Assembly (NCBI GenBank): GCA_963826115.1
Contig: CAWGVS010000005.1
Location: 1,440,001-1,504,000, forward strand
Direction of reading: 5' to 3'
DNA: 64,000 bases
From: an uncultured Candidatus Rokubacteria bacterium
GTDB taxonomy: Bacteria > Methylomirabilota > Methylomirabilia > Rokubacteriales > DASRDR01
Shown: in pieces, positions 9,863 to 20,408 of the stretch
Layout: each line of letters begins with the position of its first letter
Numbering within the stretch: the first letter of the stretch is position 1
Position numbers and translations under genes: made by a program
The notes under the pieces: model-generated
Databases searched by the model: none
Told to the model about the DNA's origin: nothing
What the model saw: the letters and a program-made list of their open reading frames with translations, nothing else

Positions 9863-10885
9863 CTACGCGGCGACCGAGCGGGGCTCGCGGCGAGCCCGGC
9901 GCACGATGAAGTCCGCGAATCGGGCCGTCGGGTCGAAACCGACGACGGCCTCGGCGTTGGCGACGAAGTTCGACGTCGCGTTCACGTCGTAGTAGTAGAT
10001 CCGCCCGTCGGCCCGCGACACGAGGTACTCGACGCCGCCCACGTCGATCGACGCCGCGCGCGCGAGCCGGATCACGGTGTCGATCGCGTCCGCGGGTGCG
10101 TCGAAGCGAGTCACCGACAGCCCGGCCGGCGGCGCGACGGGACAGAGGCCGAGGTCGGTGGCGGGCGCCGGCGCGCCGCTCGCGGGCGTGCCGTCTTCGG
10201 GCACCTGGCAGATGTCCGCCGGGCAGAGGTTGAACCCCGCCCCCGCGTCCCGCACGATCCGGATCGCGTAGAGGTACTGGCCGTCCAGCACCTCGACGCG
10301 GACGATCGCGCCGTCCACCGGCTCGAGGTACTCCTGTACCAGCGCCGTGCCGTCCGGCCCGAGATCAAGCCGGCCGACCGCGGACTCGAGCTGCGCCTTC
10401 GAGTCGACGCGAACGATCCCCGCCCCGGAGCCCCCGACGTTGGGCTTCACCACCACCGGAAGCCGCAGCGTGTCGAGGGCGGCCAGCGCCTTCAGCGGGT
10501 GGTTGACGACGACGCTCCGCGGGTAGCGGGCGCCGACCTTCTCGAAGAGCCCGAGCTGGAGCGCCTTCGACTTCTCGAAGCGATACGCGGCGACCGGATT
10601 GACGACCGGGATCCCGAGCGCCTCGTAGTGGGCGAGGAGCGCCTCCGCGTAGAAGAGCACGCCCTTGTGTCCCCGCGTGTGGGACGACGGGCTCGTGCGG
10701 TTCACGATCACCGAGTGCCGGGGGCGTCGGTCCCGCGGGTCGAAGGCGTGGCGCGCGTGGTCGATCTTCTCCCACGGGAGCCCGCGCCGATCGAGCTCGT
10801 CGAGGAGCCGACGCGACCACTCCGGATGCTCGTCCAGGATGCCGATCGGACCCGCCAGCGCCTCGGTCATCGCCCCGCCCTCCAT
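9863..10885 (-). CDS. ATP-grasp (RimK/glutathione synthetase-like) ligase
   Basis: VVKPNVGGSGAG, VQEYL, GGVEYL, YDVNATSNF; start may be 10870. Confidence 0.85.
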   Translation of the reverse strand: MEGGAMTEALAGPIGILDEHPEWSRRLLDELDRRGLPWEKIDHARHAFDPRDRRPRHSVIVNRTSPSSHTRGHKGVLFYAEALLAHYEALGIPVVNPVAAYRFEKSKALQLGLFEKVGARYPRSVVVNHPLKALAALDTLRLPVVVKPNVGGSGAGIVRVDSKAQLESAVGRLDLGPDGTALVQEYLEPVDGAIVRVEVLDGQYLYAIRIVRDAGAGFNLCPADICQVPEDGTPASGAPAPATDLGLCPVAPPAGLSVTRFDAPADAIDTVIRLARAASIDVGGVEYLVSRADGRIYYYDVNATSNFVANAEAVVGFDPTARFADFIVRRARREPRSVAA

Positions 10886-10968
10886 GAGTAATCCTATTGT
10901 CTATCGGGATAGCGTGTTTTGAGGATGCCCTTCCCGATCGTGGGTTGTCAAGGGCCAGGTGCGGCGGG

Positions 10969-11733
10969 TCAGTCGAACGTCGCGCGGACGGTTCCGAACG
11001 GGCTGAAGCGCGTCTCGATCCGCTCCCCGGCGTGGATCGCGTACTGCTTCGTGAACGAGCCCGACATGATCCGCTGGCCGGGCTCGATCCGGCGGCCGAA
11101 CTCGGAGAGCTTCTTGGCGAGCCACGAGACCGCCCCCAGCGGATGACCGGTGTCCTCGCTGCCGACCGCGTGGTCGACGCTGCGCCCGTCGATGACCACC
11201 TCGACGGTCGTATCCCCCGGCTCCCAGCCAGCGGGGAGCGTGGTGGCCGGTCCGGTCACGAAGGCCCTCTGCTGGCAGTTGTCGGTGAGCGACTGCGTCA
11301 CGTCCGCCCGGAAGTCGCCGCGGGTCTCGATGATCTCGAAGGCGGGCTGGACCGCGGTAACGGCGACCCGCGCCTGGGCGCGGGTGACGTTCGCGCCTTC
11401 CAGGCGCGTGCCGATCGTGAGGCAGAGCTCGTTCTCGAACCCGGGCTGGATGAGGTCGGTGTGCCGGAACCGGACGCCGCTGTCGCGGTGGCCGCTCTCG
11501 AGCAGGAACCCCATGACCGGCTCGGGCATCCCGAACTGCTTCTGGATCACCGGCGCCGTGAGGCCGACCTTCCACCCCGCCAGCCGCTCGCCGCGCGCGA
11601 GCCACCGGTCCAGGAGGCCGAGCTGGACGCGATAGGCCTGCTCGATCGTGAGCCGCCCCCGCCACTCCTCCGGGAAGTAGCTCCGGCGGAGCGTGTGCTG
11701 CCACATCGACTCGGTGACCGCCTCGATGTCCAT
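10969..11733 (-). CDS. 2-keto-4-pentenoate hydratase / FAH family
   Basis: AYRVQ, GWKVGLT, FENEL, AFEIIE, MSGSFT. Confidence 0.88.
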   Translation of the reverse strand: MDIEAVTESMWQHTLRRSYFPEEWRGRLTIEQAYRVQLGLLDRWLARGERLAGWKVGLTAPVIQKQFGMPEPVMGFLLESGHRDSGVRFRHTDLIQPGFENELCLTIGTRLEGANVTRAQARVAVTAVQPAFEIIETRGDFRADVTQSLTDNCQQRAFVTGPATTLPAGWEPGDTTVEVVIDGRSVDHAVGSEDTGHPLGAVSWLAKKLSEFGRRIEPGQRIMSGSFTKQYAIHAGERIETRFSPFGTVRATFD

Positions 11734-11737
11734 GCCG

Positions 11738-12526
11738 TCAGCCTCCCAGGCGCACGCGGGCCTCACCGATCCGGCGGCGGGCCTCCGGCGCGTACCAGGC
11801 GTCCACGAACGCGCGGCGGAGCGGCGCGAGGGTCGCCCGCGCGCGCTCCACGGCCGGCGCCTTGAGCGCGGCCTTGATGGTCTCGAAGGCGTCGGCGGGC
11901 TCGGCCGCCAGCCGGGCGCAGGTGCGTCGCGCCGCCGCGAGGACGTCGCCGTCCACGACCTCGGTGACGAGCCCTCGCTCGAGCGCCGCCCGCGGGTCGA
12001 ACAGCTCGCCGCCGTACAGCACCTCCTCGACCGACCGCGCCGGGACCGAATACCGGGCGATCTCGAGCGCCGAGGCGGGAAACGGCACGCCGAGCCGGAT
12101 CTCGTTGAGCCCGAAGCGGCCGGCGCTCGCGCCCATCACGCGCGCGTCGCACGCGAGCGCGAGGATCCCGCCGCCGGCGACCGCGTGGCCGGAGACGGCC
12201 GCCACCACCGGCCGGGGGAACGCGAAGACCCGTAGCATGATCGCGTCGAACCGCGCCATGAAGGCGTCCATCGCGTCGCGCTCGAGGCCGTAGAGGGCGA
12301 CCAGGTCGAGACCGCCCGAGAAGAAGCGGTCGTAGCCGGTGAGGACGACGCCGCGCGCGTCGCGGCTCGCCGCCTCGTCGAGGGCGCCCTCGATGGCGGC
12401 CAGGCTCCGCGGGTTCAGCGCGTTTGCCTTCCCGCAGGCGAGGTGGACGACGGCGAGCCCGTCCTCCCAGGCGACCCGGTAGGGCTCCGTCACCCCATCA
12501 GACCGTGCCCTCGCGGGCCGCGTCAC
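11738..12526 (-). CDS. Enoyl-CoA hydratase/isomerase family
   Basis: KANAL, FSGGLDL, GHAVAGG, GLNEIRLG. Confidence 0.9.
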   Translation of the reverse strand: MTRPARARSDGVTEPYRVAWEDGLAVVHLACGKANALNPRSLAAIEGALDEAASRDARGVVLTGYDRFFSGGLDLVALYGLERDAMDAFMARFDAIMLRVFAFPRPVVAAVSGHAVAGGGILALACDARVMGASAGRFGLNEIRLGVPFPASALEIARYSVPARSVEEVLYGGELFDPRAALERGLVTEVVDGDVLAAARRTCARLAAEPADAFETIKAALKAPAVERARATLAPLRRAFVDAWYAPEARRRIGEARVRLGG

Positions 12527-13704
12527 CCCTGACGGGCCGCCGCGAGACCGGCCTCGAGCCGCGTCAGGCCCTCGGCCAGGTTCTCGTCCGAGGTCGCGTA
12601 CGACAGCCGGAGGAAGCCCCCGGACTGCGGGCCGAACGCCTCCCCGGGCGAGACCACCACGCGGTGGTCGAAGAGGAGCCGCTCGGCCAGGCGCACCGTG
12701 TCGTGGGTGATGCCGCGGACGTCGGGGAACGCGTAGAACGCGCCGTCCGGCCGCGGGCAGCGGACCCCGGGCACGCGCCCGAGCCGCTCGACCACCAGGT
12801 CCCGCCGCCGCTGGTACGCCTGCCGCATCGTCTCGACGCAGTCCTGCGGCCCGCGGAGCGCGGCGAGCGCGGCCCGCTGGGTCGCGGCGTTCACGCAGGA
12901 GGCCATGGCCTCCTGGACGGGCGCCATGACCTCCAGCATGGGGGCCGGGCCCGTCAGGTACCCGATGCGCCAGCCCGTCATCGCGTATTCCTTGGAGAAC
13001 GAGAAGATCGACACCGTGCGATCGCGGAGGCCGGGGAACGACGCCGGGCTGACCGCCCGGATGTCGCCGTAGGTGAGCCGGCCGTAGGTCTCGTCGGAGA
13101 TCAGCAGGAGGTCGCGGCGGAGACAGATCTCCGCGATCGCGTGGAGGAGGTCCCGCGGGTACACGGCGCCCGTCGGGTTCGCGGGGCTGTTGACGAGGAT
13201 CGCGCGCGTCCGCGAGGTGACCGCCGCCGCCAGATCCTCGGCTCGGGGCAGGTAGCCGCGCTCGGGATCCGTGGGGACGTAGACCACGCGCCCACCGGCG
13301 AGCGCGACGGTGGCCTCGAAGTTCGTGTAGCTCGGGTCGGTGACGAGCACCTCGTCCCCGGGGTCGATCCCGACCATGAAGGTCAGGGCCAGCGCCTGCA
13401 TCGCGCCGACCGTGACGAAGACCTCGCTCGCCGGGTCGACCCGGTACCCGTTGACCTGCTCGATCTTCTCGGCGATCGCCTCCCGCAGGTCGAGGTAGCC
13501 GGGGTTGGGCGAATACTTGGTGAAGCCGTCGTGGAGGGCCTGACAGGCCGCCTCGACGATGTGCGGAGGCGTCGGGAAGCCGGGCTCCCCCACCGCGAGG
13601 CTGACCGCCCCCGGCACGCGTGGCGTCATGTCGAACATGCGCCGGATGAGCGACGCGGGCACCGCCCGCGCCCGGGCGCTGACCCGGTCGGTCGTCTGTC
13701 CCAT
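12523..13704 (-). CDS. Class I/II PLP aminotransferase
   Basis: GEPGF, NSPANPTG, SDETY, SFSKEYAMTGWRIG. Confidence 0.93.
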   Translation of the reverse strand: MGQTTDRVSARARAVPASLIRRMFDMTPRVPGAVSLAVGEPGFPTPPHIVEAACQALHDGFTKYSPNPGYLDLREAIAEKIEQVNGYRVDPASEVFVTVGAMQALALTFMVGIDPGDEVLVTDPSYTNFEATVALAGGRVVYVPTDPERGYLPRAEDLAAAVTSRTRAILVNSPANPTGAVYPRDLLHAIAEICLRRDLLLISDETYGRLTYGDIRAVSPASFPGLRDRTVSIFSFSKEYAMTGWRIGYLTGPAPMLEVMAPVQEAMASCVNAATQRAALAALRGPQDCVETMRQAYQRRRDLVVERLGRVPGVRCPRPDGAFYAFPDVRGITHDTVRLAERLLFDHRVVVSPGEAFGPQSGGFLRLSYATSDENLAEGLTRLEAGLAAARQG

Positions 13705-13732
13705 CAGACCCTCCCTCGGCGGCCCGCTCGCG

Positions 13733-14080
13733 TCAGGCCCCGGCGACGACGGCGATCTCGACCAGGTAGTCCGGGGTCGCCAGCCGCGACTCGACGGTCG
13801 CCCGCGCCGGCGCGTTCGCCTTGTCGAGCCACGCGTCCCAGGCCGCGTTCATGCCGTCGTAGTGCCGGATGTCGGAGACCCACACGTTCGCCCACACGAT
13901 CTTCGACTTGTTGCTGCCGAAGTGGGCGAGCGCCTCGTCGATCTTGTGGAGGATCTGGGCCGCCTGGCCCTTGGCGTCGAGCTTCGTGTCGTCGGCCACC
14001 GTGCCGGCCACGTAGATGGTGTCCCCGTGCTTGGCGGCGGCGGCGATGCGGGGTCCGACCTTGTAACGCGAGATGCTCAT
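13733..14080 (-). CDS. RidA family (Rid2/YoaB-like) protein
   Basis: AAGGAG RBS; MNAAWDAW, PARATVE, VEIAVVA. Confidence 0.9.
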   Translation of the reverse strand: MSISRYKVGPRIAAAAKHGDTIYVAGTVADDTKLDAKGQAAQILHKIDEALAHFGSNKSKIVWANVWVSDIRHYDGMNAAWDAWLDKANAPARATVESRLATPDYLVEIAVVAGA

Positions 14081-14130
14081 TGACGGCTCCTTTGGGCGCT
14101 GGGGTGCGAGTGGTATGGGGGCCGGCGGGG

Positions 14131-14976
14131 TCAGCCGAACCACAGGCGTTCGGCGGTCCCGCCCATCACGAGGTCGAGCTCTTCCTTGGACAGAAACGTC
14201 GCCTCTCGAGGCAACAGGTTCCGGCTGCGGACGTAGCCGCAGCCGGCCAGCACGTGGGGGAAGTCCGACCCCCACATGCAGCGATCGGCGCCGAAGGCTC
14301 GCACCGCCGCCTCCGCGAACGGGAGCCCGTCCCGGTACGGGTAGCGGTCCTGGCACCAGTGGTGGAATCCCGACAGCTTCACGTGCACCTGCGGATGGCG
14401 CGCGAGGTCGAGCAGCGCGCGGAACCTCGACTGGCCGAGCCCCTCCGCGGGCACGGGGTTGTTCAGGTGGTCGATCACGACGCGGAGCGACGGAAAGCGC
14501 GCGAGGATCGGCGGCAGCCGCGAGAGGTCGGTCCCCGCGAAGAGGATGCAGGCGATCGTGCCGGTCTCCGCCAGCGCCTCCCAGAGCGGGAGGGTCTCGT
14601 CGGTCCCGAGCCAGGGGCCCGGACCGGGACGCTCTCCCTCGCGGAACGGCCGGAGCCGGATGCCGGTCACGCCCGCCACCCGCCAGCCCCGGAGGACGGC
14701 CGGCGCCTCCCGCCCGCGGGGGTCGATCACGCAGACACCCCGGAACCGGTCGGGGAAGCGCCGGAGGCAGGACACCATGTAGCGGTTGTCCCAATGGTAG
14801 AACCACGGCTGGACGAACACGGCGCGGGCCACGCCAGCCTCGTCCATGTAGTCCATGAACAGCTCGACCGAGGCCGTGGCCTGCGCGCTGTAGCCGATCT
14901 TCATGAGCCCCGCGTCGAGCCCGGCGGCGGTCCCGTCCCAGACGTGCAGGTGCGAATCGACGACGGCGTGGGTCAC
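14131..14976 (-). CDS. Amidohydrolase_2 family protein
   Basis: DSHLHVW, IDHL, KLSG, WGSDFP; GTG start inferred. Confidence 0.86.
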   Translation of the reverse strand: MTHAVVDSHLHVWDGTAAGLDAGLMKIGYSAQATASVELFMDYMDEAGVARAVFVQPWFYHWDNRYMVSCLRRFPDRFRGVCVIDPRGREAPAVLRGWRVAGVTGIRLRPFREGERPGPGPWLGTDETLPLWEALAETGTIACILFAGTDLSRLPPILARFPSLRVVIDHLNNPVPAEGLGQSRFRALLDLARHPQVHVKLSGFHHWCQDRYPYRDGLPFAEAAVRAFGADRCMWGSDFPHVLAGCGYVRSRNLLPREATFLSKEELDLVMGGTAERLWFG

Positions 14977-15101
14977 GAACCAAAAGGTTAGCACGGGCCT
15001 TCCCGAATCGGCAGCGGTCACGGCCGCGGCGCCCCGTGCGATACTGCGGCCGCGCCCCGCGCCGCGCGGGCCGCGCGCGTCCACTCGCCGCCGGAGGACC
15101 C

Positions 15102-16070
15102 ATGAGCGCTCGGCACGACGTCGTGATCGTCATCCCCGGGGACGACCCGCCGCAGATCCAGGGCTCCCCTCACCTCGACCGCCTGCGCCGCTACGGCGAG
15201 GTGCGGCTCCACACCGACCGGCCGGCGACAGCCGAAGAGAAGCTCGAGCGGGTCCGCGACGCGGTGTGCCTCGTCAACACCCGAGGCGCGATCAAGTGGC
15301 CGCGCGAGGCGCTGCTGGCCCTGCCTCGCCTCCGCATGGCAACGGTGTGCGGCATCGGGACGGACTCGTTCGACCTCGCCACGGCGCGCGAGCGCGGCAT
15401 CGTGATCTGCAACATCCCCGGGAAGACGGCGCCCATCGTGGCCGAGCACGCGTTCGGACTCATGCTGGCCGTGGCCAAGCGGGCTCACTACCAGACGGCC
15501 CGGCTCAAGGCCGGCCGGTGGGGGGGCATCGACAACGTCTACCTCCACGGCAAGACGCTCGGCGTGGTGGGAACCGGCGCGATCGGCAGCGCGATGGCGC
15601 GGCTCGGCCGCGCCATCGGCATGCACGTCGTCGCGTGGACCTTCCGCCCGACGGCCGACCGCGCGTCGGAGCTCGGCGTCCGCTACGTGGAACTCGACGA
15701 GCTGCTCCGGACGTCAGACGTGGTCTCGCTCCACGTCCGCCTGACCCCGGAGAGCCGCGGCCTCCTGGGCGCCCGCGAGCTCGGTCTCATGAAGCCCGGC
15801 GCCCTCTTGGTGAACACGGCGCGCGGGCCGGTCGTGGACACCGACGCGCTCGCGGCCGCGCTCCAGGACGGCCGCCTGGGGGGCGCCGGGCTCGACGTGT
15901 TCGACACCGAGCCCCTGCCGGCCGGTCATCCCATCCTCGGCTGCGAGCAGGTCGTCCTGACGCCCCACAACGCCGACCAGACGCCCGAGGGGATGGATCT
16001 CCTGAACGCCGGCGTCGTCGACAACGTGATCGCGTTCCTCGAGGGCCGGCCGCAGAACGTCGTCGGGTAG
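15102..16070 (+). CDS. D-isomer-specific 2-hydroxyacid dehydrogenase
   Basis: GGAGG RBS; GTGAIG, VNTARG, LDVFDTEP, TPHNA. Confidence 0.92.
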   Translation: MSARHDVVIVIPGDDPPQIQGSPHLDRLRRYGEVRLHTDRPATAEEKLERVRDAVCLVNTRGAIKWPREALLALPRLRMATVCGIGTDSFDLATARERGIVICNIPGKTAPIVAEHAFGLMLAVAKRAHYQTARLKAGRWGGIDNVYLHGKTLGVVGTGAIGSAMARLGRAIGMHVVAWTFRPTADRASELGVRYVELDELLRTSDVVSLHVRLTPESRGLLGARELGLMKPGALLVNTARGPVVDTDALAAALQDGRLGGAGLDVFDTEPLPAGHPILGCEQVVLTPHNADQTPEGMDLLNAGVVDNVIAFLEGRPQNVVG

Positions 16071-16135
16071 CCGCCCCGATCCGGGGCAGACGGGTCACGC
16101 CCGGAAGCGCGGGAGTCCCGGGTGGACGCTCGGGT

Positions 16136-17581
16136 TCAGCGCGCGACGAGACGGAGCGACCCGCCGAAGTCCGAGCGCACCACGAGCCCGTCGGGCACGA
16201 GATAGACGCCCCGGATCTCCAGCCGGTCCACGGCGCCGCTAAGGTCGACACCGGCAACGAGCTCCCGGTTCAGCGCGGTCGTGAGCTGCGTCCGGAGCGT
16301 CTCCAGTCGATCGCCGAATCCCAGGCGCGCGCGGGACTCCAGCATCGTGACGAGCCGTCGGTGGAGAAAGCGGCCGGTGGCGCGGACGAGGGCGCTGTCG
16401 GACTCGAGCGTGAAGCCGAGCTCGTCGAGCCGGACGGTCCGGGTGTCCGGATCCACGGCCGGCGTGCCCGCCAAGTACGCGATCCCCCTCACCGGCCCCG
16501 CGAGCCCGACCGCAAGGATCAGCCGCGCGCCGCTCCCGTAGGCCTGGAGCGACGTGATCGACAGGGGCTGGGACATGCCCACGTCCAGCGACGTGCCCAC
16601 CACCGTCTCGGCGAAGCGCTCGTTGATGACGGTGTACGGCACGAAGAGGGGCAGCTCGACGTGGAAGTCACGCGCCGGCGCCGCGACGAGCGCGAGGTCC
16701 GGCAGCGGGCGCGCCTCGGCGGCGGGCGGGCTACCCAGCCGGGCGACGGGGTCGGCGGTGAGCTGGAGCACGGTCCGGAGGACGTCGGGCCCGGCCGCCC
16801 CGATCGGTCCGGCGTGGGCGGTCCGCGGTCGGAGCGCCACCCACGCGCCGGGTGAGACCTCGCGGGGCGCACCGAGCTCCCGCCACACCTGCTCGACGCG
16901 GTCCCGCGCCGTCGCGAGCTCCGCGAGCCTCCGGTCGAGCGTGCCGGCCAGCGCCTCGAGACCGGGCGCGAGCAGCATCTGGAGCACCGGCGTGATCTCC
17001 AAGCCGCCCGGAAGCGCCCGGCACGCGTCGAGGAACTCGGGCGTTCCGAAGGTCGTGGCCGAGCGGAGTCCCCAGCCCGTGGTCCAGCTGAGCCCCGACA
17101 ACGCGGAGATCCGGAGCCGCCGCGGCGGCTCCCTGTCGTACCCACACTGCGCCTCGAGCGGCACGGGGCCGGCGGCGATCCGAGCCCGGACGCGATAGCG
17201 CAGGTCAAGCCGCGTGGCGAGCCGGTCCCCGCGCATCTCGAAGCTGACCGCGTCCCGCCAGAGCCGGTACTGGAGCTGGAGGCCCATCGACCCGAGCGCG
17301 GCGGGCGCGTCCACCCACGCGTCCTCGCGTCCGGCCTCCGCCGGGAAGGCGCCCTCCGCCACCTCGCGCAGGCGCCCGAGGGGCACGTCCACGGCAAGGC
17401 TCAGGAGGGACGGCGCCGACGCCGGCGGCGGTGGTGGCGGGTCCAGCGCATCGGTGGGACGAGGGATGGACAGGGCCGGCGCGCATCCGACCAGGAGACA
17501 GGCCGCCACGCCGAGCGCCAGGCGACCGAGGCTCGCAACGCACCGCGGGGCGCCCGGGGTCGACGGGCTCCCGCGCCTCAT
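16136..17581 (-). CDS. DUF4403-like lipoprotein
   Basis: Lipobox LVGC; beta-rich two-domain pattern (GAWVALRP, YLAGTP); start uncertain. Confidence 0.6.
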   Translation of the reverse strand: MRRGSPSTPGAPRCVASLGRLALGVAACLLVGCAPALSIPRPTDALDPPPPPPASAPSLLSLAVDVPLGRLREVAEGAFPAEAGREDAWVDAPAALGSMGLQLQYRLWRDAVSFEMRGDRLATRLDLRYRVRARIAAGPVPLEAQCGYDREPPRRLRISALSGLSWTTGWGLRSATTFGTPEFLDACRALPGGLEITPVLQMLLAPGLEALAGTLDRRLAELATARDRVEQVWRELGAPREVSPGAWVALRPRTAHAGPIGAAGPDVLRTVLQLTADPVARLGSPPAAEARPLPDLALVAAPARDFHVELPLFVPYTVINERFAETVVGTSLDVGMSQPLSITSLQAYGSGARLILAVGLAGPVRGIAYLAGTPAVDPDTRTVRLDELGFTLESDSALVRATGRFLHRRLVTMLESRARLGFGDRLETLRTQLTTALNRELVAGVDLSGAVDRLEIRGVYLVPDGLVVRSDFGGSLRLVAR

Positions 17582-17702
17582 CGATCCGGTCCCATGGCGC
17601 CGCGATGGTCTCACGCGCCCGGACGCCCGTCCAGTCGAGCGCGACCATTCGAGCCCCCGTGGCGCTTGCGAGCTCGGCCACCGCCGGACTCCGACGGCGG
17701 CG

Positions 17703-20408
17703 TTACCGCCGGCTGTCCGCCTGCAGGCGCCGCAGCGCGTCCTCCAGCTTTTTCAGATCCTCCGCAAAGCCGGCGAAGTCTCCCCGGCCGAATCGCTCGC
17801 GCGCACGCGCGAAGTGCTCGAGGGCCTCGGCGGCGAGCCGTGTCGGGGGGCCGCCGGCTGCCGGCGCACCCGCGGCGGCGGTCGGGCCACCCGCGACCGG
17901 CGGCCGAACGCCGAAAAGCTGCTGGAGCGAGGCCTCCAGCGTCTCGTCCATGGCGATCCGGTTTCCGTAGGCCACGATCACGCGCTTGAGCTCGGGCAGC
18001 CGTCCGCGCTCCGCCGCGAGGTAGAGAGGCTGGACGTAGAGAAGCGACTCCTCGATGGGAATCGCGAGGAGACCGCCCCTGAGGACCTGGGAACCGGCCT
18101 GGCTCCACAGCGAGATCTGCTGGGAGATGAAGGCGTCCTGGTCGATGCGCGCCTCGACTTGTCTCGGGCCGAACACGAGCTTGCCCTTCGGAAACTCGAA
18201 GAGCACCAGCTTGCCGTAGTGGGGCGGATCCGACCTCGCCGCCAGCCACGCGATCATGTTGTCCCGACGCACCGGTGTGAACGGCAGAAGGAGGACGAAC
18301 TCCTCGCGCTGCTCGGCCGGAAGCCGCATGATCGTGTAGTACGGCTCCATCTCCGTGTCGCGCCCCTCCGCCTTCCGGGTCGGCACGGTCCAGAGGTCCT
18401 CCTTGTTGTAGAAGACCTGCGGGTCGAGCATGTGGTACTGCGCGTACATCCGCGCCTGGATGCCGAAGAGATCCTGCGGATACCGGATGTGGGCGCGCAG
18501 ATCCTCGGGCATGGCCGAGAACGGCTGGAACAGGCCCGGGAACGCGCGCGTGTAGGCGGCGATCAACGGCTCCTCGGGCTCGATCACGTAGAAGGCCACC
18601 GCGCCATCGTAGGCGTCGACGGTCACCTTTACCGAGTTGCGGATGTAGTTGCCGACACCGGGCGTCCGGTGGGAATAGGGGAAGTAGTCGGTCGTCGTGT
18701 AGGCGTCCACGAGCCACACGATCCGTCCGGCGGGGGTGATGACCGGGTAGGGGTCGCGATCCACGCGGAGGAACGGCACGATCTTCTTCACCCGCTCGGC
18801 CACCTGCCGGTGGTACAGGATCCGACTCTCCGGGGTGAAGTCGTCTGACAACAGGAGCTTGATCTCGGCGAACCGGATCGCAAAGACGACGCGGCGCCAG
18901 AGCGAGCCGATGCTCACCCCGCCGGTGCCCGCGTAGGTCGTGTAGACGTTCTGGTCGCCCTGCGGGTAGTTCAGCTCGGGCGCGCGCATCTTGACCAGCA
19001 CGTAGGCGTTCGCGAGCTCCCCGTAGTAGACCTCCGGCCGGCTGATCTTGAGCGGACCGCTGGCGGCCGGCGGGATGTCCTTCAGGAAGAACTCGGGCAG
19101 CCCCTCCCGAGTCACGCGGTTGACCGGCCCCACCACCGCGCCGTAGCCGTGCGTGTACACGAGGTGCTCGTTGATCCAGATGCGGCTCGGCAGGTGCGCG
19201 TGCGACAGCTCGCGCACGGACAGCATCACCTGCCGGGACTCCCCGTCGATCGGGTAGCGGTCGTTGTCCACGTCGACGAACTTGTAGTAGGTGCGGATCT
19301 CCTGGAGCTGGCCGTAGGAGTCGAGCGCCGGCCGGTGCTCCCACAGGCGGATGTTCTTGATGGTCGTGTCGTTCTTGCGGAGGACGGCGGCGGTGAGGTT
19401 CTCCTCGGCCGGGAACGGCCGGGACTCGATGCGATCGAGCCCGTAGGCGCGGTTGGTGGCGGCGATCGTCCGCTCGATGTACGGGCGCTCGGTCACGATC
19501 TCGTTGGGCGCGACGCGGAACCGCTGGACCGCGGCGGGATAGGCGGTCAGGCCGAGCAGGCCGCCGCCCATCCAGAGGGCGAGCCCGACGACGGCCAGGA
19601 CCAGGCCGGGCCGCGCCATCTGGATCAGGCAGAGCACGGCCGCGAGACCCGCCAGGCCGCTCATCACGTACAGCACCGGCAGCCGCGCGTTGACGTCCGC
19701 GTAGCTCGCCCCGAACGACGCTCCGCCGTCGGAGAACAGCAGGCCAAACGCCTCCAGCGAGTACCCCCACGCCTTGAGGACAAGGAAGGCCGCGGCGACG
19801 CTCAGGAGGTGGCCCTTCGCCCACGGCGTGATCACGAACCCGCGCGGCGTGAGCCGGGCCCCGCGGGAAAACACGTAGACGCCGGCGACCAGCGCGAGCG
19901 TCACCGAGACGACCGCGGTTAGGAAGCCGAGGACGCCGAGCAGGAGCGGATACGTGAAGACGTAGAACCCGACGTCGCGGCCGAAGAGGGGGTCGGTCAT
20001 CCCGAAGACCCCGGCGTTCCGGAACCGGATCATCGTCTCCGAGAGGGCCGTCCCCTGCCCGCTCAGCATGAGGGCGATCAAGAGGCAGCCGGGCAGGAGG
20101 AAGCGCCGGTAGAAGGGCTCCACCTGGCCCCACCCCGGAAGCCGCTGGACGTCGTCCTCGACCGCGAGCTCGACCTGCGGCCCGTGCCCGCGACGCGTCG
20201 CCCGGAGGTTCAGGTACAGCATCAGGAACGCCGCGAGGCCGGCGGCCGCGCCGAGGATCGCCTTCGTCCAGATGATGGTCGAGAAGACGCTCGAGAAGCG
20301 CACCTCGTCGAACCAGAGCCAGTCGGTGTAGAGCTCAACGACCTGTCGGCCGAACGGCAGGACGAGCAACAGGATGACCGTCGAGACGAGCACGCCTATT
20401 CTTGCCAT
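17703..20408 (-). CDS. UPF0182 family membrane protein
   Basis: YTDWLWF, DPLFGRDVGFY, NIRLW, HLVYTHGYG, NYIRNSVK, YVQPLY. Confidence 0.93.
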   Translation of the reverse strand: MARIGVLVSTVILLLVLPFGRQVVELYTDWLWFDEVRFSSVFSTIIWTKAILGAAAGLAAFLMLYLNLRATRRGHGPQVELAVEDDVQRLPGWGQVEPFYRRFLLPGCLLIALMLSGQGTALSETMIRFRNAGVFGMTDPLFGRDVGFYVFTYPLLLGVLGFLTAVVSVTLALVAGVYVFSRGARLTPRGFVITPWAKGHLLSVAAAFLVLKAWGYSLEAFGLLFSDGGASFGASYADVNARLPVLYVMSGLAGLAAVLCLIQMARPGLVLAVVGLALWMGGGLLGLTAYPAAVQRFRVAPNEIVTERPYIERTIAATNRAYGLDRIESRPFPAEENLTAAVLRKNDTTIKNIRLWEHRPALDSYGQLQEIRTYYKFVDVDNDRYPIDGESRQVMLSVRELSHAHLPSRIWINEHLVYTHGYGAVVGPVNRVTREGLPEFFLKDIPPAASGPLKISRPEVYYGELANAYVLVKMRAPELNYPQGDQNVYTTYAGTGGVSIGSLWRRVVFAIRFAEIKLLLSDDFTPESRILYHRQVAERVKKIVPFLRVDRDPYPVITPAGRIVWLVDAYTTTDYFPYSHRTPGVGNYIRNSVKVTVDAYDGAVAFYVIEPEEPLIAAYTRAFPGLFQPFSAMPEDLRAHIRYPQDLFGIQARMYAQYHMLDPQVFYNKEDLWTVPTRKAEGRDTEMEPYYTIMRLPAEQREEFVLLLPFTPVRRDNMIAWLAARSDPPHYGKLVLFEFPKGKLVFGPRQVEARIDQDAFISQQISLWSQAGSQVLRGGLLAIPIEESLLYVQPLYLAAERGRLPELKRVIVAYGNRIAMDETLEASLQQLFGVRPPVAGGPTAAAGAPAAGGPPTRLAAEALEHFARARERFGRGDFAGFAEDLKKLEDALRRLQADSRR

